Source: Octopus vulgaris
Taxonomy: Eukaryota
Reading direction: 5' to 3'
Length of the DNA stretch: 64,000 bases
Assembly: GCA_951406725.2 (NCBI GenBank)
Contig: OX597816.1
Coordinates: 167,400,001-167,464,000 of the forward strand
Shown here piece by piece: positions 48,531 to 61,229 of the stretch. Every line of letters begins with the position of its first letter. Positions within the stretch are counted from its first letter, which is position 1. The notes beneath the pieces are model-generated. The model saw nothing but the letters and a program-made list of their open reading frames with translations. It searched no databases and was not told the DNA's origin. The translations under genes and the position numbers were made by a program.

Positions 48531-48886
48531 AGAATAAAAGAACAAACAATTTCTTTATAGAAACCCCTTATTTCTCACTAACCAACATGAAATTCTCCCT
48601 TCTGTCTCACTTATTCTTACATTCTCTGAATTTATATATATTTATTTATATATTTATGTTATATTTCTATACATATAGATTTGTATTCATTCATATCAAT
48701 ATGTATTAATGTATATGTGTTTTTAGAAATATTTAAAAAATTTTACATCTATGTGTTTTCCATTTGGGAACTTGTTGATTGACCTAACATTGTTTCTGAG
48801 GTGACCTCTTCAATTATTGTTCGTCTCGGACTAATTCTGAGCACTTCTCAGTTACAGCCCATATATCTCGAAAGAAAGGTTTAATA

Positions 48887-48937
<51 letters not shown>

Positions 48938-49028
48938 TATATATATACATACATACATATATATATATATATAATTGCTTGTTGTCTACACCACCTGTCT
49001 TCGTCTTCTGTTTTTTTTGTGAAGTCTT

Positions 49029-49138
<110 letters not shown>

Positions 49139-49674
49139 TGTACATATGTATGTATGTATGTATGTATGAATGTATATATGTATGTATGTATGAATCTATG
49201 TATGTATATATGTATGTATGAATCTATGTATGTATGTGTGTATGTGAGTGTATGTGTGTGTATTGTGTGTCGTGCTGTGTCTCTCTACGTTACCCTTTCT
49301 CTGTCTGCCCCATTCTCTCTTTGCATTACCCAAACAGAAAACTAATTTTCCACATCAATCATAATAATTACACGCTCGAATGATTTCTACACATCACATT
49401 GTGTACGTCTGGTGTACAAAGCAGTAAAACATCACTTATGATTCGACACCATCCCATCTTGTACACAACGACTCAACTCAGGAATAAAGCAAAAAGAAGA
49501 AAAAGAAAACAAAACAAAAAAAGAGAAGCAAAACTCTTTATTCAATATTTACCTGAGTTATGTGATCTATTTTAGATTAGTTCAGGATTTACCTGAAAAT
49601 GAAAAAGAAACACCACCTTTCACTTTCACAAATATATACATACATGGGTGTGTATGCATGTCTTCAGTATGGGT

Positions 49675-49734
<60 letters not shown>

Positions 49735-50225
49735 GTTTAATGTCCGTTTTCCATGCTAGCATGGGTTGGATGGTTCAACCAGGGTCTGGGAAGTCAGGAG
49801 GCTGCACCAGGCTCCGGTCTGATCTGGCAGTGTTTCTACAGCTGGATGCCCTTCCTAACACCAACCACTCCATGAGTGTAGTGGGTGCTTTTTATGTGCC
49901 ACTGGCACAGGGGCCAGAGGAGGCTTGCAACAGCCACGATCGGTTGGTGACTTTTACATGCCACTGGCATGGATGCTAGTCAGGGTGGCGCTGGCATTGG
50001 CCACGTTCGGATGGTGCTTTTTACGTGCGATCAGTACGGGTATCACAACTACAATTTCCATTTGATTTTTATTTTGATGTTGATGTACTTGACTCAATAG
50101 GTCTCCTCAAGCACACCAGGTTGCCCTACGATCCAAGGTAAGCACAGTAAGCCATCATATGAGCCATGAACTCACTTCATTTGTTGGGTTTTCGCAGTCA
50201 CAGCATATCTCCAGAGGTCTCAGTC
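49675..50225 (-). mobile_element. RTE ORF end plus 3' UTR with (GAT)n tail
   Basis: Minus strand D*DLWRYAVTAKTQQMK* then same UTR, ending ...GGACATTAAACGATGATGATG... Confidence 0.8.
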
Positions 50226-50233
50226 TTTCTTCA

Positions 50234-50287
<54 letters not shown>

Positions 50288-50301
50288 TATATATATATAC
50301 A

Positions 50302-50642
50302 CAGTAATACCTCGCAATACGAGTTTAATTCATTCCATGACTGAGCTCGTCTTACAATTTACTCGTTTTAACTAAAATATAATTAATCCGTTCCGCCCCA
50401 CAAAAAACACTCCAAAATAATTTTTGTGGGTTTTAAAACAAGAAAAGATGTAGTTACAAATAAATGACAATTATAAAAAAGAGAATGCAAAGAAATATGT
50501 AAACTGGTTTTATTAACTGAATTACCTTAAAGATAGGATGATCTGTTTGCTCGTACAGAAGGATTCCAATCATACGTCAAGACAAAAATTTGCACGAGTC
50601 ACGGTTTGTACAATGGGGCACTTGTACTGCAAGGTTCCACTG
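50302..50642. mobile_element. Tigger/pogo-like MITE
   Basis: CAGTAATACCTCGCAATACGAGT...ACTTGTACTGCAAGGTTCCACTG|TA, in a (TA)n context. Confidence 0.7.
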
Positions 50643-50659
50643 TATATATATATTTTTCA

Positions 50660-51015
50660 CATGTGAAGGTACATGGCTCAGTGGTTAGATGTGAAGGTGC
50701 ATGGCTCAGTGGTTAGAGCAATCATGTGGTAGTGAATTTGATTTCTGGATCAGGCTGTATGTTGTGTTCTTGAGCAAGAGACTTTATTTCACATTGCTCA
50801 GGTTCACTCACCTGTGGAAATGAGTTGTAACATCACTGGCACCAAGCTGTATTGGCCTTTATCTTTCCCTTGGATAACATCAAAGCATGGACATGAGAGG
50901 CTGCTATGCATGGGTGACTGCTGGTCTTCCATAAAGAACCTTGTCCGGAATTGTGCTTCAGAAGGTAACTTTCTAGGTGCAATCTCATGGTCATTCATGA
51001 CGGAAGTGGGGTCTT
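50660..51015 (+). mobile_element. tRNA-derived SINE with duplicated head
   Basis: ATGTGAAGGTRCATGGCTCAGTGGTTAG twice in tandem, then TTCTTGAGCAAGAGACTTTATTTCACATTGCTC core; related minus fragment at ~52110-52205. Confidence 0.7.
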
Positions 51016-51377
51016 GAAATATATATTTAACTTTAGTCTAGTGGTGGTCTACCCTTCGGCAGGTGCTGTGCATGTGGACCTTCTCCAGCACTCTCTGTAC
51101 GACCTGGGAGGGCCTGTATTCTGCCTTGCTGCTGTTAAGTAGATTACTGGAATTTCCAGTGGGATTTGAACTCAGAATGTAGAGAGCTGAAAGATATTCT
51201 GTAAAGCATCTCTGCTGAGACACCAATAAATTTTCCTATCTCCCACTAGCAGAGCAATGTGAAATGAAGTGTTTTACTGAAGAACACAGTATACTGTTAG
51301 GTATGGGAATCAAACCCACAACCTAGTCCAACACACTGGGCCAGGGCCATGCATCTTCACACACACACACACACACA

Positions 51378-52021
51378 TTACTTAATGGAATTCTGTTGGG
51401 GTTCGACAATGATGCCAGAAGTGGGAGCGGAACCCAAGGGCAGACGTGCAGACGTGGCCACATGTTGGGCATGTAACAGCAGATGTAGGGTTGGGGATCC
51501 TCTCTTTCCGGACTTGTCACTTCTGGTCCAGGCTCTTGAGGCGCTTTTCCTCAAACAGCCTAACACCCTTTTGGACAGCTGGACGCCAGGCACCGTGGTC
51601 ATAGGCAAGCGATGCCCAGCCATGGGCTGAAATGCCACAGGCCTCAAGGGAATTTTGCAGGCTGTCCTTGTACCACCTCAGTGGCCTTCCAGGGTTTCTT
51701 GCTCCAGAAGCTAGCTCAGAGAAGAAGATCATCTTTGGTAGATGCATGTCATCCATTCAGACTACATATCCGACTCACCGGAGCTGGGCCTTCATGATGA
51801 GGGCTTCGATCCCAGGCATTTCAGCTCTACGAAGCACCTCAGTGTTGGAGACTCTGTCCTCCCAGGAAATTCTCATGATTCGTCGCAAGCAGCTGAGGTT
51901 GAAACTGGTTAAGTATTCGCATTTGCCTCCTATACAGTGTCCACGTCCCACAGCCATAGAGCAGAGAGGTGATGACAACTGCCCTATAGACTGCCAGCTT
52001 GGTGGCAGTCTATAGGGCAGT
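51378..52021 (-). mobile_element. 5'-truncated RTE/BovB-like LINE with C-terminal zinc finger
   Basis: [78 protein letters not shown]; stops and a frameshift. Confidence 0.92.
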
Positions 52022-52027
52022 CATCAT

Positions 52028-52058
<31 letters not shown>

Positions 52059-53545
52059 AGATATGTGTGTGTGTGTGTGTGTGTGTGTAGGGCACATAGC
52101 TTAGCTTAGGGAAAGATAAAGGCCAATACAGCTTGGTGCCAGTGATGTTGCAACTCATTTCTACAGGTGAGTGAACCTGAGCAACGTGAAATAAAGTGTC
52201 TTGCGATCAAGACAGCGTGGTTTCAATTCCTAGTGCTTTGTATCCTTGAGTAAAATACTTCATCTCATGTTGTTTTGCTATCACTTTGACACCTGATGTG
52301 TGGTACTCAGTGCTCCTGTTCAGACAACATCGATTTGATGGAGAGAGTGAGCTAATGTACAGCACACATATTTGATCATCATATGTGCAGGACGTTTGGC
52401 AAAAACTGATCTGTCATACGTTGTCTGTGATGAGAGAGTCCATCGTATATATAAATACATACACACATATATATATGTGTGTATATGTGTGTGTATATAT
52501 ATAAATGTGTGTGTGGGCATGGCTGTGTGGTTAGGGAGCTTGCTTCCTAGCCACATGGTTTTGGGTTCAGTCCCACCACATGGCACTTTGGGCAAGCGTA
52601 TTCTGCTATAGCTCTGGGTCAAATGAAGCTTTGTGGTTGAATTTGGTAGGCTGGAGTTACTGTCGTGTGTGTAGGTGCTGGTCCCACTCCAAGAGAGAGA
52701 GAGAGGGATATATATATAAATATGTAAATGGTAAAATAAGGATTCAGATAGAATCAGGTACTTGTAAAGATATGCTCCAGGTAGGGTTGGAGAAACCTGT
52801 GGTCCCGGCCTTTGGCTGATAAATATCAAATAGGATATTCCTGTTGTATACACAGAGAAAACCAACCCTATCAGTATTTAGTGTCTAGGGGCTGATCCAA
52901 AGCATGCGTTTCATTGATTGTACATTGTTGGTATACTCCAGGGTGTGCGACAAGTGGTAAATCTCATTGGTGTATAATAATCAAACGAATAATAACAGAC
53001 AATGGATAATTGTCAGCTCATTACAGCTACACATTTTTTAATAGAAGGAGAACATTACTCTATTACAAAAAAACCGTAATCATCAGATGAAACATAATTT
53101 CAAAAACAAACAAATATCCCAAGAATACGGTAGGGATGTGGCTGAAGTCTATCGAGGCTAACTATGTAATGGGAGAATGACCAACAAAAATTAGCCATTG
53201 TGAGTAATAAAGGGGTGGGGTTATGTTAAGAATATAGTTTGTGAAAGGGTGTAATATGATATTTAAGGTCAGCGACCCAGTTGAAATAGGAGTCACCTAT
53301 ACCTCACCTCTAGCCGATCAAAGAACCAGTCTAGCTGACTCCTATTTCACTTGTTTTATTTGTTTCAGTCAGTTGACTGTGGCCATGCTGGAGCACCACA
53401 TATAGTCAAACAAATCGACCCCAGGACTTATTCTTTGTACCTATTCTATCAGTTTCTTTTGCCTAACCGCTAAGTTACTGTGATTTAAACACACCAACAT
53501 CGGTTGTCAAGTGATAGTAGGAGGCCAAACACAGATACATAAATG

Positions 53546-53584
<39 letters not shown>

Positions 53585-53772
53585 TCATCATCATCATTAT
53601 TATCATCATCGTCGTTTAACGTCCATTTTCCATGCTGGCATGGGTTGGACGGTTTGACTGAAAGCTGGCAAGCCAGAAGTCTAGAACAGCCTCCAATCTG
53701 ATCTAGCAAAGTTTCTCCTGCTGGATGCCTTCCTAACGCCAATAGAGGTTAATATTTAACCATCTCACATCA

Positions 53773-53818
53773 TCTCTGATGAAAGGGTATCTATAATATC
53801 CCAGAAACAGCTGTAAGA
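53773..53818 (+). ncRNA. Minimal type I hammerhead ribozyme (family 3)
   Basis: TCT-CTGATGA(53776)-aaGGGTATctataATATCCCa-GAAAC-AGCT-GTA(53813-53815)/AGA; palindromic stem III ACAGCTGT typical of Penelope-associated minimal hammerheads; stem I only 3 bp here. Confidence 0.68.
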
Positions 53819-53905
53819 CTATATCTATATCTTTTCCCTTGTAAATGTCCTGAAAACTCCTCACAACCTTGGCTTTGTTATCTCTTTTGTCTAATATATA
53901 TATAT

Positions 53906-54302
53906 ACTCTTTACTCTTTTACTCTTTTACTTGTTTCAGTCATTTGTCCATGCTGGAGCACCGCCTTTAGTCGAGCAAATCGAGCCCAGGACTTTGTAAG
54001 CCTAGTACTTATACTATTGGTCTCTTTTGCCGAACCGCTAAGTTACAGGGATGTAAACACACCAGCATCGGTTGTCAAGCGATGTTGGGGGGACAAACAC
54101 AGACGCACAAACATACACACACATATACATATATACATACATACGACAGGCTTCTTTCAGTGTCCGTTCCACCAAATCCACTCACAAGGCTTTAGTCGGC
54201 CCGAGGCTATAGTAGAAGACACTTGCCTAAGGTGCCATGCAGTGGGAATGAACCTGGAACCATGTGGTTGGCAAGCAAGCTTACCACACAGCCACTCCTA
54301 CG

Positions 54303-54305
<3 letters not shown>
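53906..54305 (-). mobile_element. SINE family A
   Basis: Full-length match with (ACTCTTTT)n tail. Confidence 0.88.
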
Positions 54306-54399
<94 letters not shown>

Positions 54400-54469
54400 A
54401 TGTGTGCCTGCATGTGTGTGTGTGTGTGTGAAGTGAATTTGTTGGACATATAAATGTTAAGTCAAGACG

Positions 54470-54752
54470 AATGGCCAGCAAGTGTGGATGAAGAAAATGG
54501 CTTTGTTCAAAAGAAATCAAGAATTTGAAGCAATGCAGATGTTTAATAAAGCTCTTCAGACAAATCTTCACAATGCAGAAGCTTTAATGCAAGAACTGAT
54601 ATGGCCAGATTCCACATATACCACTTTCCAAATCACTGTGATATTTAAAGTCCCTCAAGAGTTGAACTGCCTGTTCGAAGAAATCATAAACGTAAAAAGG
54701 ACTTCTTTGGAAACATTCAAGAAATTATTGGATGCATTCCTAACCAAAATAT
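54470..54752 (+). mobile_element. Old CR1/L2-group LINE 3' remnant
   Basis: FKVPQELNCLFEEIINV...SLETFKKLLDAFL resembles the ..GP.LFN.LP..IR.....FK..LD.FL end of CR1/L2-group ORF2. Confidence 0.45.
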
Positions 54753-54754
54753 TA

Positions 54755-55172
54755 TAATAATAAAAAATAATAATGAAATTATTGTATACAGTGCTCAGGT
54801 GCACCACAACTTGTCAAAAGTGCATATAAAGCATATGCAATAATGTACAAATGTCTGGAAAGTGAACAATGTATGAGTCAGATTCATGCTTGCGTGTTTA
54901 TGGAGGGGAGAAAATCAGATGTAGTGTTGGCGAATCTCAGGAAGTTTTGAAGGATGCAGTGCTCCGACAACTAACAACTGATGCCAGCAGTTTGTTCCAT
55001 GCTTCAGCAACTCTTAGCGCGAAAAAATGTTTCCGAAAGTCATGGGACCTGTGCTGTTTTCTGACTTTATAAACATGTCTACGGGTGTTAGACAGGTGGA
55101 GTTTTGAAAAGGTGCTCAGAGTTATTGTTGGTAAGATGGTTAATAATTTTATGGGTGTCTGCCTTGGCCCAG
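54755..55172 (-). mobile_element. CR1-clade LINE 3' fragment
   Basis: SNTRRHVYKVRKQH..HDFRKHFFALRVAEAWNKL.ASVVS..STASFK, the typical CR1 ORF2 end; (ATT)n-like tail toward 54755. Confidence 0.85.
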
Positions 55173-55844
55173 TCAACTACACAAGGTTACATGCAAGGAA
55201 GATCGGCTCTGACTAACTTCACTAGAGACAAACTTCCAACCATAAAACTTCAACAAAACTGAGAAAAAAATGTTTATCAATAAATACAAAAAAAAAAAAA
55301 AATGATAAAATAAAGTAGTGCTCCAGCATGGCTGCAGTTCTTTCATTGAAACCACTGTAAAAATAAAAGAATATTTATAACAATGAGAAATGCTGCCCAA
55401 TGAAAGGTGTAGCCATCTTACTGAGTCAGGCATATTTAAATTCTTTTGAGGATTTCAAAATAAATAAATAAAGGTAAATAGTAAAAACAGGCAGCGAAAA
55501 CCTTAAGAAAAGACATCAAAATTTACTTTGTAAGTTGGAGTGGATATCTTTACACCATACAAACACAGATCTAGGATATCTGATGTCTCCTACACAGAAC
55601 ACACAACAACATAATAACACAGCACATACACTAGGAAGTCTTTAAAGATTACTTTCTCTCCTCCTCCCTTTCTTCCTCTCCCCCTCCTCCCCCGCCCCAC
55701 CTTTCTTCTTTTCCTCCCCTCCTCCTCTTCCCTTTTCCTCTTACTCTCATCTCCATTCCATTAACTCCACATAGACTACGTACCTATTGCAGAAGATATT
55801 CCACTGGAATCTCTTAAGCCACTACATTGCTTTCACTAAAGGGG

Positions 55845-56010
55845 TTGGTCCTTACATTACTATGGTGGTATGAGGTTGCCCCATCTTGTTGGAAATAAAC
55901 CACTGCATCTTCAAAGTCCTCTTGAATGCTTGACAAACCAGATCGTCACAAGTAAATGGGGTCAGTCACAGTATTGTCCAAAAAGAATGGTCCAATTAAT
56001 TCTTTTGAGA
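55845..56010 (-). mobile_element. Tc1/mariner-superfamily transposase fragment
   Basis: SKELIGPFFLDNTVTDPIYL*...VYFQQDGATSYHHSNVR contains the IGPFF and FQQDGA(PPH) catalytic-region motifs. Confidence 0.75.
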
Positions 56011-56194
56011 ATCTATCTATGATGAAGGCAAGCAAGCTAAAACTTCGAAGTCACAGCCAACCTTTTCCTTATAAAAGTTTAATAAATATCTACTCTCCTA
56101 AAAAGTATTGAGTAATCTTTCGGTTTAATTCTAAATTGCTTTTATACATGACTTGACAAAAAAAGCATTATTATATATATTATATATATATATA

Positions 56195-56883
56195 TCGACT
56201 GGCCTCCATGCTGTGGGCACGTAACAAACACCATCCGATCGTGGCCGTTCGCCAGCCTCGTCTGGCACCTGTGTCGGTGGCACATAAAATCACCCACTAC
56301 ACTCTCGGAGTGGTTGGCGTTAGGAAGGGCATCCAGCTGTAGAAACACTGCCAGATCTGACTGGCCTGGTGCAGCCTTTGGGCTCCTCAGACCCCAGTTG
56401 AACCGTCCAACCCATGCTAGCATGGAAAGCGGATGTTAAATGATGATGATGATGATGATGATGATATATATATATCATCATCATCATCATTGTTTAACGT
56501 CTGTTTTCCATGTTGGCATGAGTTGGATGGTTTGCATATATATGTATATAGACGCCAACCACTCCGAGAGTGTAGTGGGTGCTTTTCTGTGCCACCGGCA
56601 CAAGAGCCAATCAGGCGGTACTGGCAACGGCCACACTCAAATGGCGAAAACACCATTTGAGTGCGGCCGTTGCCAGTTCCACTTGACTGGCCCTCGTGCC
56701 AGTGGCACAGAAAAGCACCCACTACACTCTTGGAGTGGTTGGCATTAGGAAGGGCATCCAGCAGTAGAAACTCTGCCAGATCAGATTGGAGCCTGGTGCA
56801 GCCATCTTGTTTGCCAGTCCTCAGTCAAATCGTCCAACCCATGCTAGTATGGAAAGTGGACGTTAAACGATGATGATGATGAT
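56195..56883. mobile_element. Cluster of RTE 3' UTR copies in both orientations including a 93-bp-arm palindrome
   Basis: Plus copy 56195-56465, minus pieces 56474-56535 and 56554-56646, plus copy 56651-56883. Confidence 0.8.
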
Positions 56884-57429
56884 ATATATATACATATATA
56901 TATATACACATACATACATACATACAGCCATTTATCTCAATGTATGGCAGTTATATTACTCTTGTAGTGTTTATTTGAAAACAAAACAAATCAAAGATTA
57001 AATAAACTGAGATGAAGCGATTTCTATTTCAAAATATGGTTAAGTTTATAATATGAGAGGAATTTGTATGAGAAATAACATTAGTAGTTCTGCCTGCTGT
57101 TTAATATATATATATGTATGTGTGTGTGTGTGTGTGTGTGTGTATCATATATGCTACATAGATGTATATTATGTATGTGCATGTATATGTGTGTGTGTGT
57201 GTCTCTGTGTGCATACACACACATGCTTACACACATGCACGCACACATATATACAATTAAATTAGGCACCAGTTTAAAAAGAAAATTATATTGTCATTAA
57301 AGGACAATTATGTAAATGTGTGTGTGTGTATGCATGTGTATGTACTTATATATCTATAATGTGCTGGTGTATAGCAACAAGGCTATACACAGATCATATG
57401 CTGCTATATATATATTAATATACATACAA

Positions 57430-57586
57430 GTGCAGGTGTGGTTGTGTGGTAAAAAGCCTGTTTCCCAACCACACGGTTCCAGGTTCAGTCCCACTGCATA
57501 GCCTCTTGGCCAAGTTTCTTCTATATTCTGGGCTGACCAAAGCCTTGTGAGTTGATTTGGTAGAAGGAAACTGAAAGAAGCTCATC

Positions 57587-57650
<64 letters not shown>

Positions 57651-57865
57651 CTGTATGTGTTTATCTTGTGTTTGTCTTCCACCACTACTTGACAACCAGT
57701 GTTTGTTTGTTTACATCTCTGTGACCTAGTGTTTGACAAAAAAAGAAACCAATAGAATAAGTACGAGGCTTAAGAAAAATATAAGAAGTAGAGTCAATTC
57801 TTGATATGGTAATGCCCCAGCATGGCCACAATCTAATGACTGAAACTAGTAAGAGATAGAAGATA
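57430..57865 (+). mobile_element. SINE family A
   Basis: Full-length older copy, followed by another head at ~57870-58030. Confidence 0.82.
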
Positions 57866-58028
57866 AGCAAGGCATGGCTGAGTGGTTAAGAAGTTCTCTT
57901 TGCAAACATCTAGCCTTTGGTTCAATCCCCCCATGTAGAATCTTGGACATGTGTTTTCTACTAAAGCCCTAGGTTAGTCAAAGCCCTGTGAATTGATTTG
58001 GAAGATGGAAACTGAAAAGAACTTCATC

Positions 58029-58072
<44 letters not shown>

Positions 58073-58090
58073 TGGGGAGGGTTGGTTTAT

Positions 58091-58151
58091 GAGATTGCCT
58101 TAGGTTTCCCATCCATAAAAGGTTTAGCTTTATGTTGTATCATCAGACCCC
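58091..58151 (-). ncRNA. Degenerate type I hammerhead ribozyme (family 4) in one arm of a foldback
   Basis: Minus strand: GGGGU-CUGAUGA-...CAUAAAG...UUUUAUG...-GAAAC-CUAAG-GCA/AUCUC. The opposite arm (58157-58209, plus) has GAAAC-TTAAG-GTA/ATCCC but has lost part of CTGATGA. Confidence 0.55.
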
Positions 58152-58399
58152 AAAACCTGATACATCATAAAGCTAAACCCTTTATGGAAGGGAAACTTAA
58201 GGTAATCCCATAAACCAGCCTTCCCCATTGTTGATATATACTGCTCTACATCTTAGAGTGTGCTTCTTCTCCAGATTTATGTTTTCTACAAACAATGTGT
58301 GTATGTGTGGGTGCTTGCGTGTGTGTGTGTGTGCGTGTGTTTGTGTGTGTGTGTGTAAATAAGTAACATAGATATACATTCATTACGGTCATTTCAAGA

Positions 58400-58997
58400 A
58401 GCTCCATTTAATTGATTAATGAAAACATTACATCAATTTGAAAAAAACACAACAGGAATATTGGGTGCAAATGCCCCTATACGGAGTCTTGATATTCAAT
58501 ATTCAAATAATATTGTTGGGGTGTGCAGATTTTACCGAACTAGCAAGGTGCCTTAATTTCAGTACCTAATTCAATTGAATCTTAATTATATATAATATTA
58601 ATAATAATAAGGAGAAGGAGATATTTCACATCCATAGTTTTAATTAACAGTTATTTACAACATCTCTATGGACCTACAAGTGTTTCAACTGCAGCGACTG
58701 CACACTTGGATTTACCCAGCGAGAAAAGTTACCAGAGCCAAGCAACTTATTGTTAGCTCAGGTATCACGAAAGGACCGTTGTGGTTAGCTGACATCCGAA
58801 ACTGAGTTGAGAGGTAACATGGCAACTGCCAGAATAATATATCCCTTTAAACTCATTGTAAAGTGGTCTATTGCCACTGTTGTATCTTTGATGATGGTTG
58901 TTGCTCCGACAGATATTGTTATATTCTGAAGTCGTCAATAGAATGGTTCTACCTGGCACTGTACAAACCCCAGTCTCGTACAGTGTTATTATACTCA
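58400..58997 (-). mobile_element. Probable inverted pseudo-LTR segment of the adjacent Penelope-like element
   Basis: Abuts the truncation point of the RT; minus strand carries a hammerhead-like 3' half (GAAAC-ACTT-GTA at ~58675-58686) but no CTGANGA was found. Inverted 5' segments are typical of PLE insertions. Confidence 0.35.
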
Positions 58998-61229
58998 AAT
59001 GGTTGGATCATTATAGAGTAGAAGTTGACATTATTCTAGTGGTTAGGAAATTAATTATCAAATTTGAGGGAAAGTACTGGGTGAGAAAGGATAGACCAGA
59101 GATGTTTGATACAACTATGGGATCGACAGACTCTGCACAGGTCACAGACTTAGTAGGAATATACATTTTATTCTGCCTGTTTAAAGAACTTCCTGAAATA
59201 GGAGGAGGTCTATATATGGATGATACATTTTTCACCCGGTTTAAACCCTCAAACTGGGACATAGAAAAAAAATAAAGGAGAACATTTTTTAGGTTCTTTA
59301 AAAACATAGGACTCAATCAATATCTAAAGAAGAGGAACATAACTCAGTTAACTTTCTTGATGTTCATTTAAATCTAAGCACAGGTATACACAGGCCTTAT
59401 CATAAACCTAATGCAAAACTTAAATACATTCATAAAAATAGCAATCACCCAAAATGTACAGCCCAATCAATAGTAGGAAATATATCACTCTGAATAAGTA
59501 AACTCTCAGTGAACAAGGAAGTATTTAAACTAAATGAGGACTTTTATAATTTCCCATTAGAGAAGGCAGGATATAGAGAAAAATTAAAATTCCCTAATGG
59601 TAGTAATAGTACAAATAATATAATTAACAAGATGGATCATACTGTCAATAATCCTGATAGTATGATTGATATGGAAAACGCCACTAATCAAATAGAACAG
59701 ACAATAAGAAAAGTTAAGGATAGGAAATCTATGCAATTAAAATATAATAATAGTGTTCCTAGAAAAAAAAAGAAGAGCACAAATTTAGTTGAATATGTGT
59801 CAAGTAGCTTAGATAGAAATGGACCTACTAAGAGGTCCTGTTCAGGTAGTGTAGGTAAACAATACATAAACTCTGTAAACAGTAATATCCAAATAATTGA
59901 CAAATATAATGTCGAATATTATAGCAAACAAACCGAATTCCATAATAGGAACCAGATAAAGAGATTAAACTCTTTTGCAGAAAGCTTAGGTAGAAATAGA
60001 AATACATACCTTAGTAGCATGGATATTTCTAGCTATATCGAATGAAAACAAATAATTTCTAATATACTTATTTCTTTATTACCCACAAGGGGCTAAACAC
60101 AGAAGGGACAAACAAGGACAGACATAGGTATTAAGTCGATAACATCGACCCCAATGCGTAACTGGTACTTAATTTATCGACCCCGAAAGGATGAAAGGCA
60201 AAGTCGATCTCGGCGGAATTTGAACTCACAACGTAACGCAGACGAAATACCGGTAAGCATTTCGCCCGGCGTGCTAACGTTTCTGCCAGCTCGCCGCCTT
60301 ATACTAGTATATACTAATATACTGAAATTGTTTTATTCAGCATTGACTAAGCATTTTTCAAAAGACAGTAAATACCATAGAATTTTTTAATAAAAATCGA
60401 ATTAGATTAGCTTTCTGTAATAGCAAAAATCTAGAACAAATTATAGCTGTACACAATGATATTAAATTTAACAGTTTCCATATGAGTAGTAGCAATAATA
60501 ATAATCCGAATTAAATTATAGATCAATAAGTAGCAACAATGTTAACACAAGTGGACAAACCGTGGGTGATACAGCTGGTTATCAAGATAGGAACTATGGT
60601 TTGACAACCTATGGAGTTGAAGAGATCCAAGGGAGCTCCACAATTAACCTGGGAATAGTAGATATGAATCCTAGAGGGCAAAGTACTCAGAGTGTTGTCG
60701 CTGTGGAAAGGATTAATAGCTTAGAGGATAGATGGGAGAATATATAAATTACATCTAGAGTAGTGAAGTGGATGATAGTGATGGAAGTACTAGAACTATT
60801 AGTTGCGATTGTGCAAGGTACAGGGTTTGTCTGCTTGGCTCTGATTGTAAGCATAAGAATATCATATACAGATGTAAGATTACCTCAGTGAATAGAGAAT
60901 ATTTTTATATAGGAGCTAGCTCATGTTATAATTAGCAGAGAATTGCCAATCCTTTAAGTTCATTTAGAAATAGGGACAAAATGAACACTGCTAACCTTAG
61001 TAAGCTAATTTGGGCAGTTAAAGATAGTAACAAAGTATTTTCGATTGCTTGGGAAATTATTAGTTAAGCAAAACCTGATACAATAGACGATAATAGATGT
61101 AACTTTTGTGTGGAGGAAATGTACCAAATTTTATTTTCTAAATATACTATTATAAACACTAGACAGGAACAGGCCATGAGATGTCCACATTGGATTAAAT
61201 ATCTGTTTAAACGATTCAAGGAAACATAA
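58998..61229 (+). mobile_element. Decayed, 5'-truncated Penelope-like retroelement (Naiad-type): RT, linker and C-terminal GIY-YIG endonuclease
   Basis: RT motifs FDTTMGSTDSAQVTDLVGIYIL, GLYMDD, VNFLDVHLNL, YIHKNSNHP (59000-59590); linker KHFSKDSKYHRIF/NKNRIRLAF; CDC..C..C then IIYRCKI...FYIGAS...LSKLIW...WEII...CNFCVEE...CPH, stop 61227-61229. Several stops and frameshifts; interrupted by a SINE at 60069-60300. Confidence 0.88.
60069..60300 (-). mobile_element. SINE family B monomer inserted in the Penelope-like element
   Basis: Complete monomer, CpG-rich (young). Other monomers at ~6298-6512, 32983-33182, 46722-46935, 63645-63876; dimer at 62080-62445. Confidence 0.85.

Noticed and set aside
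53015-53090. Hammerhead candidate on minus strand (UCAU-CUGAUGA...GUA/AUGA)
   Set aside because: GAAA core and stem III not recoverable; at best a decayed copy. A similar partial motif at ~48790-48825 also lacks stem I.
59460-61229. Selenocysteine recoding, reported for some Naiad elements
   Set aside because: The Cys positions of the linker/GIY-YIG region here are TGT/TGC; the in-frame TGA at ~59491 falls where Arg is expected (likely CGA decay) and other stops are TAA/TAG.
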